Shown: piece after piece, positions 1-9,948 of the stretch | Numbering within the stretch: the first letter of the stretch is position 1 | Layout of the letters: every line of letters starts with the position of its first letter | NCBI GenBank assembly: GCA_947176265.1 | Contig: CAMWQA010000001.1 | Coordinates: 11,772-75,771 of the forward strand | Length of the DNA: 64,000 bases | Direction of reading: 5' to 3' | Source of the DNA: an uncultured Clostridia bacterium | Lineage (GTDB): Bacteria; Bacillota; Clostridia; Christensenellales; UBA3700 | Program-made: the position numbers and the translations under genes | The notes under the pieces: model-generated | Seen by the model: the letters and a program-made list of their open reading frames with translations, nothing else | The model's database searches: none | What the model was told of the DNA's origin: nothing

Positions 1-3000
1 AACCGCGCCAAGCGCAAACGAAATTGCAAAGCCGTCTACCGCTCAATACAGCTATACTTTTGTTGGGTGGGACAATTCTTTTGACAATATCAAACAAAAT
101 ACCACAGTTAATGCAAAATATGTCGAGCAAGTCAGAATGTACGACGTCAAGTTCTGGATAGACGATACTTGCATTAAATATGTTAACGTGCCTTACGGTT
201 CAAGCGTAGAACCGCCGGCTCAGCCAATCAAAAATTTGGACGACGGATTTACATATGAATTTACCAGCTGGGACGTAGCTTTTGACAATATCACTAACAA
301 CCTTGACGTACGCGCAAGATTTAGGCAGGTTTCTCATACGTATACCGTTGAGTACGTCAATTGGGAGGGTAGTTTGCTTGCCACTTTGCAAGTCGGTAGC
401 GGAGAAGCCGCTGTTTATAACGCAGAAACGCCTACGCGTCCGTCAAACGATAAATTTGATTATATCTTCGCAGGCTGGACCGACGAGGATAAACTTGAGG
501 CGGTTACTAGAGATATAACCGTGCAGGCAAAGTTTATTTCTCAAATCAAGACGTTTAGCGTGACTTTCAAATACGGCGACAATGAAAAGACGTCGTATCC
601 CGATATAGAATACGGTACCGACTTGACAAAGTCCAATCTCGTACCTTCAAACGTAGCAAAAGCTTCGACGGCTCAATACGAATACGAGTTTATCGGTTGG
701 GACGCTACTTTTGACAATATAACGAAAGATACCGTAATAAACGCAAGATATACTCAAAGCATAAGGAGCTATGAAGTTAAGTTCTTCGTAGACGACACTT
801 GCATTAAGTCGGTAAACGTTCTCTACGGCTCAAGCGTTGAGGCTCCGACTCAACCGGTCAAAATCGAAGACGACGGATTTACCTATGAGTTTATCGAGTG
901 GGATAATGACTTTGACAATATCGTTGAAGATACAGTTGTCAACGCAGTATTCAATAAGATTGCCAATACCTACACTATTCAATACGTCAACTGGGACGGC
1001 ACTGTACTCTACACGGACAGCGTAGAGAGCGCAGGCAAGTCCACCTACGTGGGAGAGACGCCTACCCGCGAAGCAAACGACAAGTATACTTATGAATTTA
1101 CGGGTTGGACAAATGAGGAAGCTCTGGATAACATCACGAGTAGTTTCTCTACGTATGCGCAATTCAAAGAAGTTATAAGAACTTATACAGTTACGTTCAA
1201 CTACGGACATGGATTGACAAAAGAGATTACCGGAGTTCCTTACGGCACAGACTTGTCAACTAACGAGACGTATTCGTCTGAAATTCCAACAAATACGGAT
1301 AAGGCTTCGACGAAGCAATATGACTTCACGTTTATAGATTGGGATAAATATTTCGGTTACGTATCGAGAGATATGGAAGTCAACGCAATATATAAAGAGA
1401 CCTTGAGAAGATATATCGTTAAGTTTATCAACAACGGTATAGCTATACTCACGCAAGAAGTAGAGTACGGCAAGTGTCCTACTTTGCCGACAGGCAACAA
1501 TATCAGAAATCATACCGTTAAATGGGCGTTTGATTTCCTCGGTTGGCAAGTACTTGACGTAGACACTACTATAGAAGGCGGAGAGAACGATATAGATCCC
1601 GACGACGGCACGGATTACAGAGATACGGTCGAAAACTTTGACGGATACGAGGTATTAGACCCTGCAAACACAATGGTTGAAGGCGACATTACCTATACCG
1701 CAATGTATTCGAGAATTATCCAAAAATATGTCGTCAAATTCTTCAACGAAGAAAACGACGAGAATATTTTGAAAGAAATTACTGTACCTTGGGGCACCAA
1801 CGTATTGACGAGCGAGATAGAAGATTATCAAGCGCCTACGGCGTTCAAAGAGTCTGTTCCTAAGTACGATTATACTTTTACCAATTGGAGCAGAGACTTG
1901 ACAAAGATTGAGGCTAATATCAACGTATATGCAATATATAGCTCTACAATAAGAAAGTATTGGATTAGATATTACAACGAAGGCGAATTGGTTGAGGAAT
2001 TCCATGAAGAATACGACAAAGTAATTCCGAGAACGAATATAATTCCTACCAAAGTATCTACTCTTGAATATGACTTTGAATTTGAAGATTGGGATAGAGC
2101 GGCAGACCGTCTTGTCGAAGGCGACGTGGATATCAATGCGGTCTACAAAAATAATATCAGATCTTATGTGGTTACGTTGTTCAACTTGGCTACTCGCGCG
2201 CTTATCTCGACTGGTGAGTTTGCTTACGGCACAAAGATAACGACGACGATTGATTACAACGGCTATGATTTTGACCATTGGTACAGAGATCCAAATTGCG
2301 ATACTGTATTCGATCAAGAAAACGAGACCGTAGACGGACCTATGATGCTCTTCGGTAATATCGTTATGAAGGGATTGAAATTTAACGATGCCAATGAGAT
2401 TGTAGGATATGAGGGCGTACAAGATGCGCAAATCAATCTCGTCCTTCCTATGGCGGCTAATGGAAAGAAAGTAACGAAAGTTGCGGAAAGAGGTTTGGCG
2501 TCTGACGTCGTTACGCCAAATTCAATTGGTAGCATATATGTTCCAAGTAATATTAAGGTTATGGCATATGCGTTTGCGGGACTTAATCTTACCGATACCG
2601 GCGGCATATACATTCAAGCTAAAAAAGCAACAGCCTCATTGACTAGACCGTCGGGTTGGGCGGAATATTGGAATAGAGACCAGTTCTTACCGCCGTGGAA
2701 TGAAAAGAATAGACCGGTAACATACGGTGTAGACGGCGTAGTCTCGGTAGGCGATTTCCAATATATGATCTTTGAAGACGGCAACGCTTACGTTGATAGA
2801 TTTATCAACAACACCGCTCCAAATGCTTATATCCCTGCCGATTTGACATACAAGGCAGCGTCCTTTACTTCAACCAAGTGGAAAGACATCGGCAAGACGG
2901 AAGTAGAAAGAGATATTTACGAAACGGTATACGAAGATAGAAATTACAACGTTACGCAAATTGCGGTATCTGCGTTTGAGAACTGTACCAATCTATCGAG

Positions 3001-4186
3001 TATATATATTCCGAAGACAATAGCCAAAGTTGGTAAATATGCGTTCAGCGGCGTTACGGCAGATGTATATATTCAAATGGAACAACCTAAGACCCTTGGT
3101 GTACCTAATGACAATCCAAGCGGTTGGAACAACGATTGGAACAAGAACCGCGACGCTACGTTGACTGATAAAGGTACGGGAGTGAGAACTCTATATTGGG
3201 GCGTAATAGGCTTTGACGTAGTCGGCGACTTCAACTATATCTTCAAGTCGGACGGCACTGCGATAGTTGCGGAATATCTTGGCAACAAAGCTACGAAGAC
3301 AAATCTTGAAGTACCGGGTGTTGTTACTTATAAAGAAGTCGAGTATAGAGTAGAAGTGCTTGCCGACGAATTGCTGTCGGGTATGAATATACTTAATACT
3401 GTAACTCTCGGCGAGAATATCAAGAAGATAGGTAAGAAAGTATTTGCTAACAACATAGTACTATCGACCGTCAACTTGCCGTCTACGCTTGAAGAAATCG
3501 GCGAGCAAGCGTTCTTGATGAATATGGCGCTCAAACAGATTTATATTCCTGCAAGCGTATCCAAGATTGGCGGACTTGCATTTATCGGTATAGACAACTT
3601 GACGTTGTACTTAGGAAAAGACAAAAAACCGCTTACGGGTTATGCGATCGGTTGGGATACCAAGATTGGCGTCAGCGATTTGGGAGACCTCGACTTGTCG
3701 AATATTATGGGAAGCATAGGAACGTTGCTTGGTAAGTTTACGCAAACGCATGACAAGGTATGGGGCGTAGCTGGATTGCCGCAGACCTACAAAGATACGA
3801 CAAAGTCGCCGGCTTTGCCTGCCGAGTATACTTATCTCTTCTACACCGACGGACACGCAGAATTGATAGGATCAAACATAGCGGTTGGATCTCTTAACAC
3901 GAGTTATGCGATACCAGAGTCAATCAATTTCAACGGAACAGATTATGCCGTCACAAAGATTAAAGCTTCCGCTTTCAAGGGCAATACGAGAATTAAGGAA
4001 ATTATTATCCCGACTTCCGTAACTACCATAGAAGCTTACGCTTTTGAAGGTTGCAGCAGCTTGACGATTAAGACAGCGCATACTTCTAAGCCGGGCGGTT
4101 GGGACGCAAACTTTAACCCCGACGGCAGAACGGTTGAGTATAGCCAAGCGTCTGCCGCGACCGAGACTTTGGAAGAAGTAGCATAG
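1..4186 (+). CDS. Large secreted/surface repeat protein, 5'-truncated by the window edge. At least 11 Listeria-Bacteroides-type (Flg_new-like) ~70-aa modules are followed by BspA-type leucine-rich repeats.
   Basis: The track ORF 137..4186 stays open in the same frame back to nt 2 (...AKPSTAQYSYTFVGWDNSFDNIKQNTTVNAKY..., another repeat unit), so the Met at 137 is internal. [YF]x[YF]xFxGWD..FDNIT..V.A.F modules recur. The C-terminal half has V[TE]xIxxxAFxxCxxLxxIxIPxSV units. Confidence 0.8.
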   Translation, partial: TAPSANEIAKPSTAQYSYTFVGWDNSFDNIKQNTTVNAKYVEQVRMYDVKFWIDDTCIKYVNVPYGSSVEPPAQPIKNLDDGFTYEFTSWDVAFDNITNNLDVRARFRQVSHTYTVEYVNWEGSLLATLQVGSGEAAVYNAETPTRPSNDKFDYIFAGWTDEDKLEAVTRDITVQAKFISQIKTFSVTFKYGDNEKTSYPDIEYGTDLTKSNLVPSNVAKASTAQYEYEFIGWDATFDNITKDTVINARYTQSIRSYEVKFFVDDTCIKSVNVLYGSSVEAPTQPVKIEDDGFTYEFIEWDNDFDNIVEDTVVNAVFNKIANTYTIQYVNWDGTVLYTDSVESAGKSTYVGETPTREANDKYTYEFTGWTNEEALDNITSSFSTYAQFKEVIRTYTVTFNYGHGLTKEITGVPYGTDLSTNETYSSEIPTNTDKASTKQYDFTFIDWDKYFGYVSRDMEVNAIYKETLRRYIVKFINNGIAILTQEVEYGKCPTLPTGNNIRNHTVKWAFDFLGWQVLDVDTTIEGGENDIDPDDGTDYRDTVENFDGYEVLDPANTMVEGDITYTAMYSRIIQKYVVKFFNEENDENILKEITVPWGTNVLTSEIEDYQAPTAFKESVPKYDYTFTNWSRDLTKIEANINVYAIYSSTIRKYWIRYYNEGELVEEFHEEYDKVIPRTNIIPTKVSTLEYDFEFEDWDRAADRLVEGDVDINAVYKNNIRSYVVTLFNLATRALISTGEFAYGTKITTTIDYNGYDFDHWYRDPNCDTVFDQENETVDGPMMLFGNIVMKGLKFNDANEIVGYEGVQDAQINLVLPMAANGKKVTKVAERGLASDVVTPNSIGSIYVPSNIKVMAYAFAGLNLTDTGGIYIQAKKATASLTRPSGWAEYWNRDQFLPPWNEKNRPVTYGVDGVVSVGDFQYMIFEDGNAYVDRFINNTAPNAYIPADLTYKAASFTSTKWKDIGKTEVERDIYETVYEDRNYNVTQIAVSAFENCTNLSSIYIPKTIAKVGKYAFSGVTADVYIQMEQPKTLGVPNDNPSGWNNDWNKNRDATLTDKGTGVRTLYWGVIGFDVVGDFNYIFKSDGTAIVAEYLGNKATKTNLEVPGVVTYKEVEYRVEVLADELLSGMNILNTVTLGENIKKIGKKVFANNIVLSTVNLPSTLEEIGEQAFLMNMALKQIYIPASVSKIGGLAFIGIDNLTLYLGKDKKPLTGYAIGWDTKIGVSDLGDLDLSNIMGSIGTLLGKFTQTHDKVWGVAGLPQTYKDTTKSPALPAEYTYLFYTDGHAELIGSNIAVGSLNTSYAIPESINFNGTDYAVTKIKASAFKGNTRIKEIIIPTSVTTIEAYAFEGCSSLTIKTAHTSKPGGWDANFNPDGRTVEYSQASAATETLEEVA

Positions 4187-4207
4187 TAATTTAAAAGTTA
4201 AAAATAC

Positions 4208-4238
4208 AAAACGCCTTGCTATCAAGCAAGGCGTTTTT
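4208..4238. terminator. Bidirectional intrinsic terminator between convergent genes
   Basis: aaaACGCCTTGCtatcaaGCAAGGCGTtttt: a 9-bp GC-rich stem flanked by an A-run and a T-run. Confidence 0.7.
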
Positions 4239-4253
4239 GTTAATTATATTTAA

Positions 4254-5057
4254 TCAAAGTTTTACGGCAATTGGCTTGTGAGCCAAATACTTGAAAAGAT
4301 ACTTAAAGCCGGTTGCTTTCAACCATTCTGCGACAAGGGAATACTTTTCTCCTATACGTCCGCAAAAATGAGCGTCTGAACCAAAGGTAAGCAATTCGCC
4401 GCCAAGTTCTTTATATCTCGACAAAATTTCAGTAGTGGGGAGGAAGTCAAGCCCCGTGCCTTTGCTTTGAGAGTTTATCTCCAAAGCTTTGCCCTTTGCG
4501 ATAATAGTCTTCAATATATCGTCGATAATATCTGCAAAATCTTTGTATACGAGAGCTTTGTCTTCGTAAGTGCTTTTGCGCACGACGTAGCCTATATGAC
4601 CTACGCTGTCAAAGTGGTAAGGGCAGTCAAGGCTTTCTCTCACAGCTTTGAGATATGCGCCGTATGCTTGCGACTTTGTGCGTTTAGCAAAGTATGACGG
4701 CATATAGCAGTCTTCGTATTCAATCGTATGAATCGAGTTGATAATTATATCCGTATCGAATCCCGATAGTTTGGATAAATAGAGATTGTTTGCCTCTTTC
4801 ATATATCCGCACTCAATACCCACGCCAACTTCTATTTTGCCCTTATATCTTTCTTTAAGCGCTCTTATCTCGTCAAAGTGATTTTCAAGATCAATTTGCG
4901 GTATGTAATCAAATTCGGGAAGGAATGTCAATTCGCCGTCAAAGTGGTCGGTAAAAGCAAGATAATCCATACCTTGCGATATGGCGTATTCAATCATCTC
5001 TATCGGATCTTCTTTGCTATCGTGCGAGTGTCTGCAATGTGTGTGAGTGTCAAACAT
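4254..5057 (-). CDS. PHP-family histidinol-phosphatase-like hydrolase (HisJ/HisK type)
   Basis: 267 aa. The N-terminus MFDTHTHCRHSHDS...YLAFTDH shows the typical PHP metal-binding His/Asp pattern, and the C-terminus has GSDAH. Confidence 0.75.
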   Translation of the reverse strand: MFDTHTHCRHSHDSKEDPIEMIEYAISQGMDYLAFTDHFDGELTFLPEFDYIPQIDLENHFDEIRALKERYKGKIEVGVGIECGYMKEANNLYLSKLSGFDTDIIINSIHTIEYEDCYMPSYFAKRTKSQAYGAYLKAVRESLDCPYHFDSVGHIGYVVRKSTYEDKALVYKDFADIIDDILKTIIAKGKALEINSQSKGTGLDFLPTTEILSRYKELGGELLTFGSDAHFCGRIGEKYSLVAEWLKATGFKYLFKYLAHKPIAVKL

Positions 5058-5066
5058 AACATTTAT

Positions 5067-5095
5067 ATTTTATACCTTTTGAATTGCGGTGTCAA
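5067..5095 (-). promoter_or_regulatory. Sigma-70-type promoter of the PHP gene with a very short leader
   Basis: Minus strand reads TTGACA(5095-5090)-17 nt-TAAAAT(5072-5067). The ATG lies only 9 nt downstream and has no SD. Confidence 0.5.
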
Positions 5096-5105
5096 ACAAG
5101 ATAAG

Positions 5106-5135
5106 TTGACATATTTCGCCAAAAAGTGGTAAAAT
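5106..5135 (+). promoter_or_regulatory. Promoter of ung
   Basis: TTGACA(5106-5111)-18 nt-TAAAAT(5130-5135), preceded by a TGg extended -10. Confidence 0.5.
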
Positions 5136-5161
5136 TATAAAAAAAGTTCATGGGGGATATT

Positions 5162-5839
5162 ATGTCGTCGCATTTAGGCAACAGTTGGGATGAAAAATTA
5201 GAGAGCGAGTTTTCGCAAGATTACTTCAAAGATATTCGTAAGTTTTTGGCGGAGGAGTACAGCAACTTCAGAGTTTATCCGCCATTGAAAGAGATACTTT
5301 CAGCCTTTGAACATACGCCGTACGAAAATGTAAAAGTCGTCATTTTGGGACAAGACCCATATCACGGCTACGGACAGGCGCACGGCATGAGTTTTTCCGT
5401 GCGCAAAGGAGTAAAATGCCCGCCGTCTCTTGTCAATATATACAAGGCCCTCGAATACGATTTAGGCATACCGCAAAGCGACTGCGGAGACCTGACGGGT
5501 TGGGCGGACGAGGGAGTATTGTTGCTCAACACGGTTCTTACGGTGCGAGAGGGTAAACCTCAAAGTCATGCCGGTATCGGTTGGGAAAGATTTACAGACA
5601 GCGTAATTAAGATGATAAACGATTCTCCTTATCCCACGGTGTTTATGCTGTGGGGAAATCCGGCAAAAGCCAAAGCAAAATTTATAGACGAGTCAAAGCA
5701 CTTAGTGCTCAAATGCGTGCATCCAAGTCCGCTGTCTTTCTACAACGGCTTTTTGGAGTGTAAACACTTCTCAAAAGCCAACGACTTTTTGATTAAAAAT
5801 GGCAGAAAGCCTATTGATTGGAGTAGAAGAGGGGAATAA
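5162..5839 (+). CDS. ung: Uracil-DNA glycosylase, family 1
   Basis: Carries the GQDPYHGYGQAHGMSFSV and HPSPLS motifs. The start is placed at ATG 5162 (GGGGGA 4 nt upstream) rather than the track start 5150, which has no SD. Confidence 0.9.
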   Translation: MSSHLGNSWDEKLESEFSQDYFKDIRKFLAEEYSNFRVYPPLKEILSAFEHTPYENVKVVILGQDPYHGYGQAHGMSFSVRKGVKCPPSLVNIYKALEYDLGIPQSDCGDLTGWADEGVLLLNTVLTVREGKPQSHAGIGWERFTDSVIKMINDSPYPTVFMLWGNPAKAKAKFIDESKHLVLKCVHPSPLSFYNGFLECKHFSKANDFLIKNGRKPIDWSRRGE

Positions 5840-6295
5840 TTATTTGCGTCTTTTGCCGTCAATATCTTCGATAGTCACTTTCCATATTGCGGTAATTGCA
5901 AGACTTCTTGCAATGGCTTCGTCGAAGTTGGGCATATTGGCGGGCGTATGTCTTTGACAAATTGCTCTCAAAGCCTCTATCTTTTCGCTATCTTCCAATA
6001 CTTGAGATATTTTACCGAATACCATTGCGCTTTCAAATTTGGTGGTAAATTCGTCTTCGGGGCGAAGCGTAGCGCCTACGCAAGATATACACACTTGATT
6101 ATTGCGGTTGAAGCAATCTATCTTTTTGCCTTCTTTCGCGCAGTGAAAATATATAACGTTTTCAATTCTCGCTATGCTTAAAGGTATACAATATGGCTTG
6201 CCATCCGTGTCAATCGTGGCAAGCGTTGCCCATTCGCATTTGTCGACAATTTCTAATGCCCATTCTTTTGGCATCTGCCTATCTTTTCGTCGCAT
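5840..6295 (-). CDS. Pyridoxamine 5'-phosphate oxidase-family flavoprotein (NimA-like)
   Basis: 151 aa. MRRKDRQMPKEWALEIVDKCEWATLATIDTDGKPYCIPLS is a typical Pyridox_ox_2/Nim N-terminus. Confidence 0.7.
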   Translation of the reverse strand: MRRKDRQMPKEWALEIVDKCEWATLATIDTDGKPYCIPLSIARIENVIYFHCAKEGKKIDCFNRNNQVCISCVGATLRPEDEFTTKFESAMVFGKISQVLEDSEKIEALRAICQRHTPANMPNFDEAIARSLAITAIWKVTIEDIDGKRRK

Positions 6296-6416
6296 GGTCG
6301 TCTCGCCTTAAGTTTTCACGGCAATTTTGCTATCCGTGTCACTTAAGTCTCGTCTCCTTACTAATATTTTTCTTTAATATTATGCTATTTTATAGAGATT
6401 TACGTCAAGTTAATTC

Positions 6417-7823
6417 TTACAACTTTCTTAATGAAGTCTTTTTCCATCTCTTTGACAGATAGAACAATACCGACACCGTTGCGCCGAGTAACCAACCGAT
6501 TGGCCAGCTCCACCAAATAGATACGTAGGACAAGTGACACGCTTTGACGAAGATATAACTCAAACCCACTCTTATTAATAAGTCTGTCATGGTGGCGGAC
6601 GTAAATCCCGCCATATCTCCCGCGCCTCTGATAAATCCGTCGAATATGATCTTTATGCATACCACGATATAGAATGGAGCGAGTATATAGAGGAATTGCG
6701 AGCCTATGGAAATTATCTCGTCGTTTTGCTCTTTGATAAATACGCCGACAAGTCCCTTTGCAAAAATAAGGTATACTGTAGTGGATACAACGGCTATTGC
6801 TATCATGCTTATAAGGCCGCCTTTGAGTCCTTCCTTTGCTCTGTCTAAATGATTTGCGCCTATATTTTGCGAAGTAAAGGTAGCCATAGCGTTGGATATT
6901 GTCAAGAATATGGATATGATTATATAGTTTATTTTAAAAGCCGATCCGTATGCGGCAACGAGATTTGCATTGCCGAAAGAGTTGATAAGGCTTTGCATAA
7001 ATAGCTGACCAATTGACACGGTAGAATTTTGCAATATGCTTGGCAGCGACATAAGCATAATACTTGACCATATCGACAACGAGAAAACGGGATTTTCTTT
7101 CCAGGAATTCTTTCTTAAAGGTCTTTGAGTTTCGGGACTGTCTTTTGGAAGTTTGGCTATATTGACAAGCAGTAGTATAAGAGACAGCACGCTTGCAATA
7201 CCTTGAGCGAGGAAAGTGCCCCACGCAAGCCCCTTGACTCCCATATTGCAATACTTGACGAATACTATATCGACGATTACGTTGAGTATCGTGGAAAAGA
7301 TAAGCAAGAAGAGGGGAGTTTTGGAGTTGCCGAGAGCTTGAAATATAGAGCTTACCACGTTGTAAATAAAGAGAAATGTCAGACCGTATATATAAATGCT
7401 GAGATAATCTACGCTTTGCGTAAAGACGTCTTCGCCCAAGTCTTGAGAATTCATTGCGGAAAGCAGAGGTTTGCAGGTAAATACTCCCACTACAGTAAAA
7501 ATCAATGCGAATACAAAAATATTGATGAGAGCAGTCAACGTTGCCGTCTTAGTGCGACAGTACTGTTTCGCGCCGAAAATTCTCGATATTGCTACGCTGC
7601 CGCCCACGCCGAAGCCGTTGCCTATTGCGATAAATACGACAGTTACCGGATACGCGGCGTTTACCGCAGCCAAGGCTATGCCGTCGTCATTTATGAAATT
7701 ACCTGCGATTAGGGAGTCTGCAATATTGTAAAACTGTTGAAATAATACGGATATAATCATTGGCAACGCAAACGCGTACAACACCTTGATAGGCTTGCCG
7801 ACCGACATATCTTTAGTAGCCAT
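6417..7823 (-). CDS. MATE-family efflux transporter
   Basis: Polytopic protein. LYAFALPMIISVLFQQFYNIADSLIAG is a typical MATE TM1. The start is set at ATG 7823 (MATKD), preceded by GGAGGGG; the track start is an upstream GTG. Confidence 0.85.
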   Translation of the reverse strand: MATKDMSVGKPIKVLYAFALPMIISVLFQQFYNIADSLIAGNFINDDGIALAAVNAAYPVTVVFIAIGNGFGVGGSVAISRIFGAKQYCRTKTATLTALINIFVFALIFTVVGVFTCKPLLSAMNSQDLGEDVFTQSVDYLSIYIYGLTFLFIYNVVSSIFQALGNSKTPLFLLIFSTILNVIVDIVFVKYCNMGVKGLAWGTFLAQGIASVLSLILLLVNIAKLPKDSPETQRPLRKNSWKENPVFSLSIWSSIMLMSLPSILQNSTVSIGQLFMQSLINSFGNANLVAAYGSAFKINYIIISIFLTISNAMATFTSQNIGANHLDRAKEGLKGGLISMIAIAVVSTTVYLIFAKGLVGVFIKEQNDEIISIGSQFLYILAPFYIVVCIKIIFDGFIRGAGDMAGFTSATMTDLLIRVGLSYIFVKACHLSYVSIWWSWPIGWLLGATVSVLFYLSKRWKKTSLRKL

Positions 7824-7932
7824 AACCCCTCCGTAATTTCTCACAAAAAATTGCCATATATGTTATACGCTGAAATATTACAAAACGCAAGCGAAAAAAT
7901 TAAAAAAAATTTAACATTTTCAAAATTCGGTA

Positions 7933-7961
7933 TTGAATATTAGTTTTTAATATGGTATAAT
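7933..7961 (+). promoter_or_regulatory. Promoter of the glycogen operon
   Basis: TTGAAT(7933-7938)-17 nt-TATAAT(7956-7961), with a TGg extended -10. Confidence 0.55.
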
Positions 7962-7992
7962 TTGGTAAAGTATGAAAAAGGAGAAAGAATAA

Positions 7993-9894
7993 TTGGACAA
8001 AAAAATACCGGTTTATCTCTTTCACGAGGGGACGAATTATGAGGCTTACAAGTTTATGTCGCCACATCAAAGTCAGAGAGACGGCAAAGACGGATGGACG
8101 TTCAGAGTTTGGGCGCCCCACGCAAAGTCCGTCAGCGTAGTCGGAGACTTTAATAATTGGGATAGAGAAGTACACCCGATGAGCAAAATCAGCGACGGTA
8201 TATGGGAGGGCTTCGTAGAAGACCTAAAAATATACGATATATATAAATTCAGCGTGGAGACTGCCGACGGCAAATTGAGACTCAAAGCCGATCCTTACGC
8301 AAGACACAGCGAGACTTCGCCTGCCAATGCGTCGAAACTGTATGAGTCCACGTTCAAATGGACTGACAAGAGTTGGATTGCAGAGAGAGAAAAGTTTGAC
8401 GCTTTCCACTCTCCTATGAATATCTATGAGTTGCACGTGGGAAGCTGGAGAAGATATGCCGACGGCAACATTCTCAATTACCGCGATTTGGCGGACGAGC
8501 TCGTGCCGTATATTAAGCAAATGGGATATACGCACGTAGAAATACTTCCTATATGCGAATATCCTTACGAGGGCAGTTGGGGCTATCAAGTGAGCGGTAT
8601 GTTTGCGCCCACTTCGAGATACGGCACTCCCGACGATTTCAAATATTTCATCAATAAATTGCACAAGAATAAAATAGGCGTAATCCTTGATTGGGTATGC
8701 GCGCACTTCCCAAAGGACGCGTTTGGACTTTACGAGTTTGACGGAGAGCCTTGTTACGAATATTCCGACCCGCTAAAACAAGAGCACAAAGAATGGGGTA
8801 CGAGAGTATTCGATTACGGTAGGAGAGAGGTGCATTCTTATCTGATTTCTTCGGCTGATTTCTGGGTCAGCGAGTATCACGTCGACGGCATCAGAGTAGA
8901 CGCGGTTGCGTCAATGCTCTATCTCGATTACGGCAGACAAAACGGCGAGTGGAGACCCAACGCAAGCGGCGGCAATCACAACTTAGAGGCAATTGACTTT
9001 TTGCAAAAGCTTAATTCGCATATGCTGTCAAAATATAAAGGCTTGTTGATGATTGCAGAAGAATCCACTGCGTTCCCTAACGTGACCAAGCCTCCTCAAG
9101 ACAAGGGATTGGGATTTAATTTCAAGTGGAATATGGGTTGGATGAACGATATGCTTTCCTACGTATCGCTTGACCCATTCTTTAGAAAAGACAACCACAA
9201 CAAAGTGACTTTTTCAATTACTTACGCATACAGCGAGAATTATATCTTGCCGCTTTCGCACGACGAAGTAGTTCACGGCAAGTATTCGCTTCTCAACAGA
9301 ATGCCCGGATCGTATATGGATAAGTTCAATTCGCTCAAGGCCTTTTTTGGATACACTATGGCGCATCCCGGCAAGAAACTCTTGTTTATGGGCGGAGAAT
9401 TCGGACAGTTTATAGAATGGGATTACAAAAAACAACTTGATTGGTTCTTGCTCGATTACGATTCGCACAAGGGTTTGCATGAATTTGTTAAAGACCTCAA
9501 CGCATATTATCTTGCCAATAAAGAGATGTATTATCTCGATACGACTTACGACGGCTTTAAGTGGATATGCGTAGACGACAATACTCAAAATATCGTATCG
9601 TTTATCAGAAGCGACGGCGAAGGTAATTACACGATTGCCGTAGTCAACTTCTCTCCTGTCAAGAGAGAGCATTACTGCATGGGCGTTCCCGAGAAGAGAG
9701 CGTACAAAGTCGTACTCAACAGCGACGATAAGAAGTACGGCGGAGAGAGCGATAAGATGAGCTTTACGGCGCAAAAGGGAGATATGCACGGTTATCCGTA
9801 CTATATCGAAATGACGATACCAGGCAACAGCGCAATGTATATAACAGCCGCAAGGAAAGTTAAAAATAAGGATAAAGAAAAAGCAAGCAAGTGA
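7993..9894 (+). CDS. glgB: 1,4-alpha-glucan branching enzyme
   Basis: 633 aa, GH13 branching-enzyme pattern (N-terminal FRVWAPHA, GIRVDAVASMLY, MIAEEST). TTG start 9 nt after GGAG. Confidence 0.92.
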   Translation: MDKKIPVYLFHEGTNYEAYKFMSPHQSQRDGKDGWTFRVWAPHAKSVSVVGDFNNWDREVHPMSKISDGIWEGFVEDLKIYDIYKFSVETADGKLRLKADPYARHSETSPANASKLYESTFKWTDKSWIAEREKFDAFHSPMNIYELHVGSWRRYADGNILNYRDLADELVPYIKQMGYTHVEILPICEYPYEGSWGYQVSGMFAPTSRYGTPDDFKYFINKLHKNKIGVILDWVCAHFPKDAFGLYEFDGEPCYEYSDPLKQEHKEWGTRVFDYGRREVHSYLISSADFWVSEYHVDGIRVDAVASMLYLDYGRQNGEWRPNASGGNHNLEAIDFLQKLNSHMLSKYKGLLMIAEESTAFPNVTKPPQDKGLGFNFKWNMGWMNDMLSYVSLDPFFRKDNHNKVTFSITYAYSENYILPLSHDEVVHGKYSLLNRMPGSYMDKFNSLKAFFGYTMAHPGKKLLFMGGEFGQFIEWDYKKQLDWFLLDYDSHKGLHEFVKDLNAYYLANKEMYYLDTTYDGFKWICVDDNTQNIVSFIRSDGEGNYTIAVVNFSPVKREHYCMGVPEKRAYKVVLNSDDKKYGGESDKMSFTAQKGDMHGYPYYIEMTIPGNSAMYITAARKVKNKDKEKASK

Positions 9895-9948
9895 CGCTTA
9901 CTGCTATAGATTTGAAATATAACGAAGGTATAGATAATAGGAGGGAAA

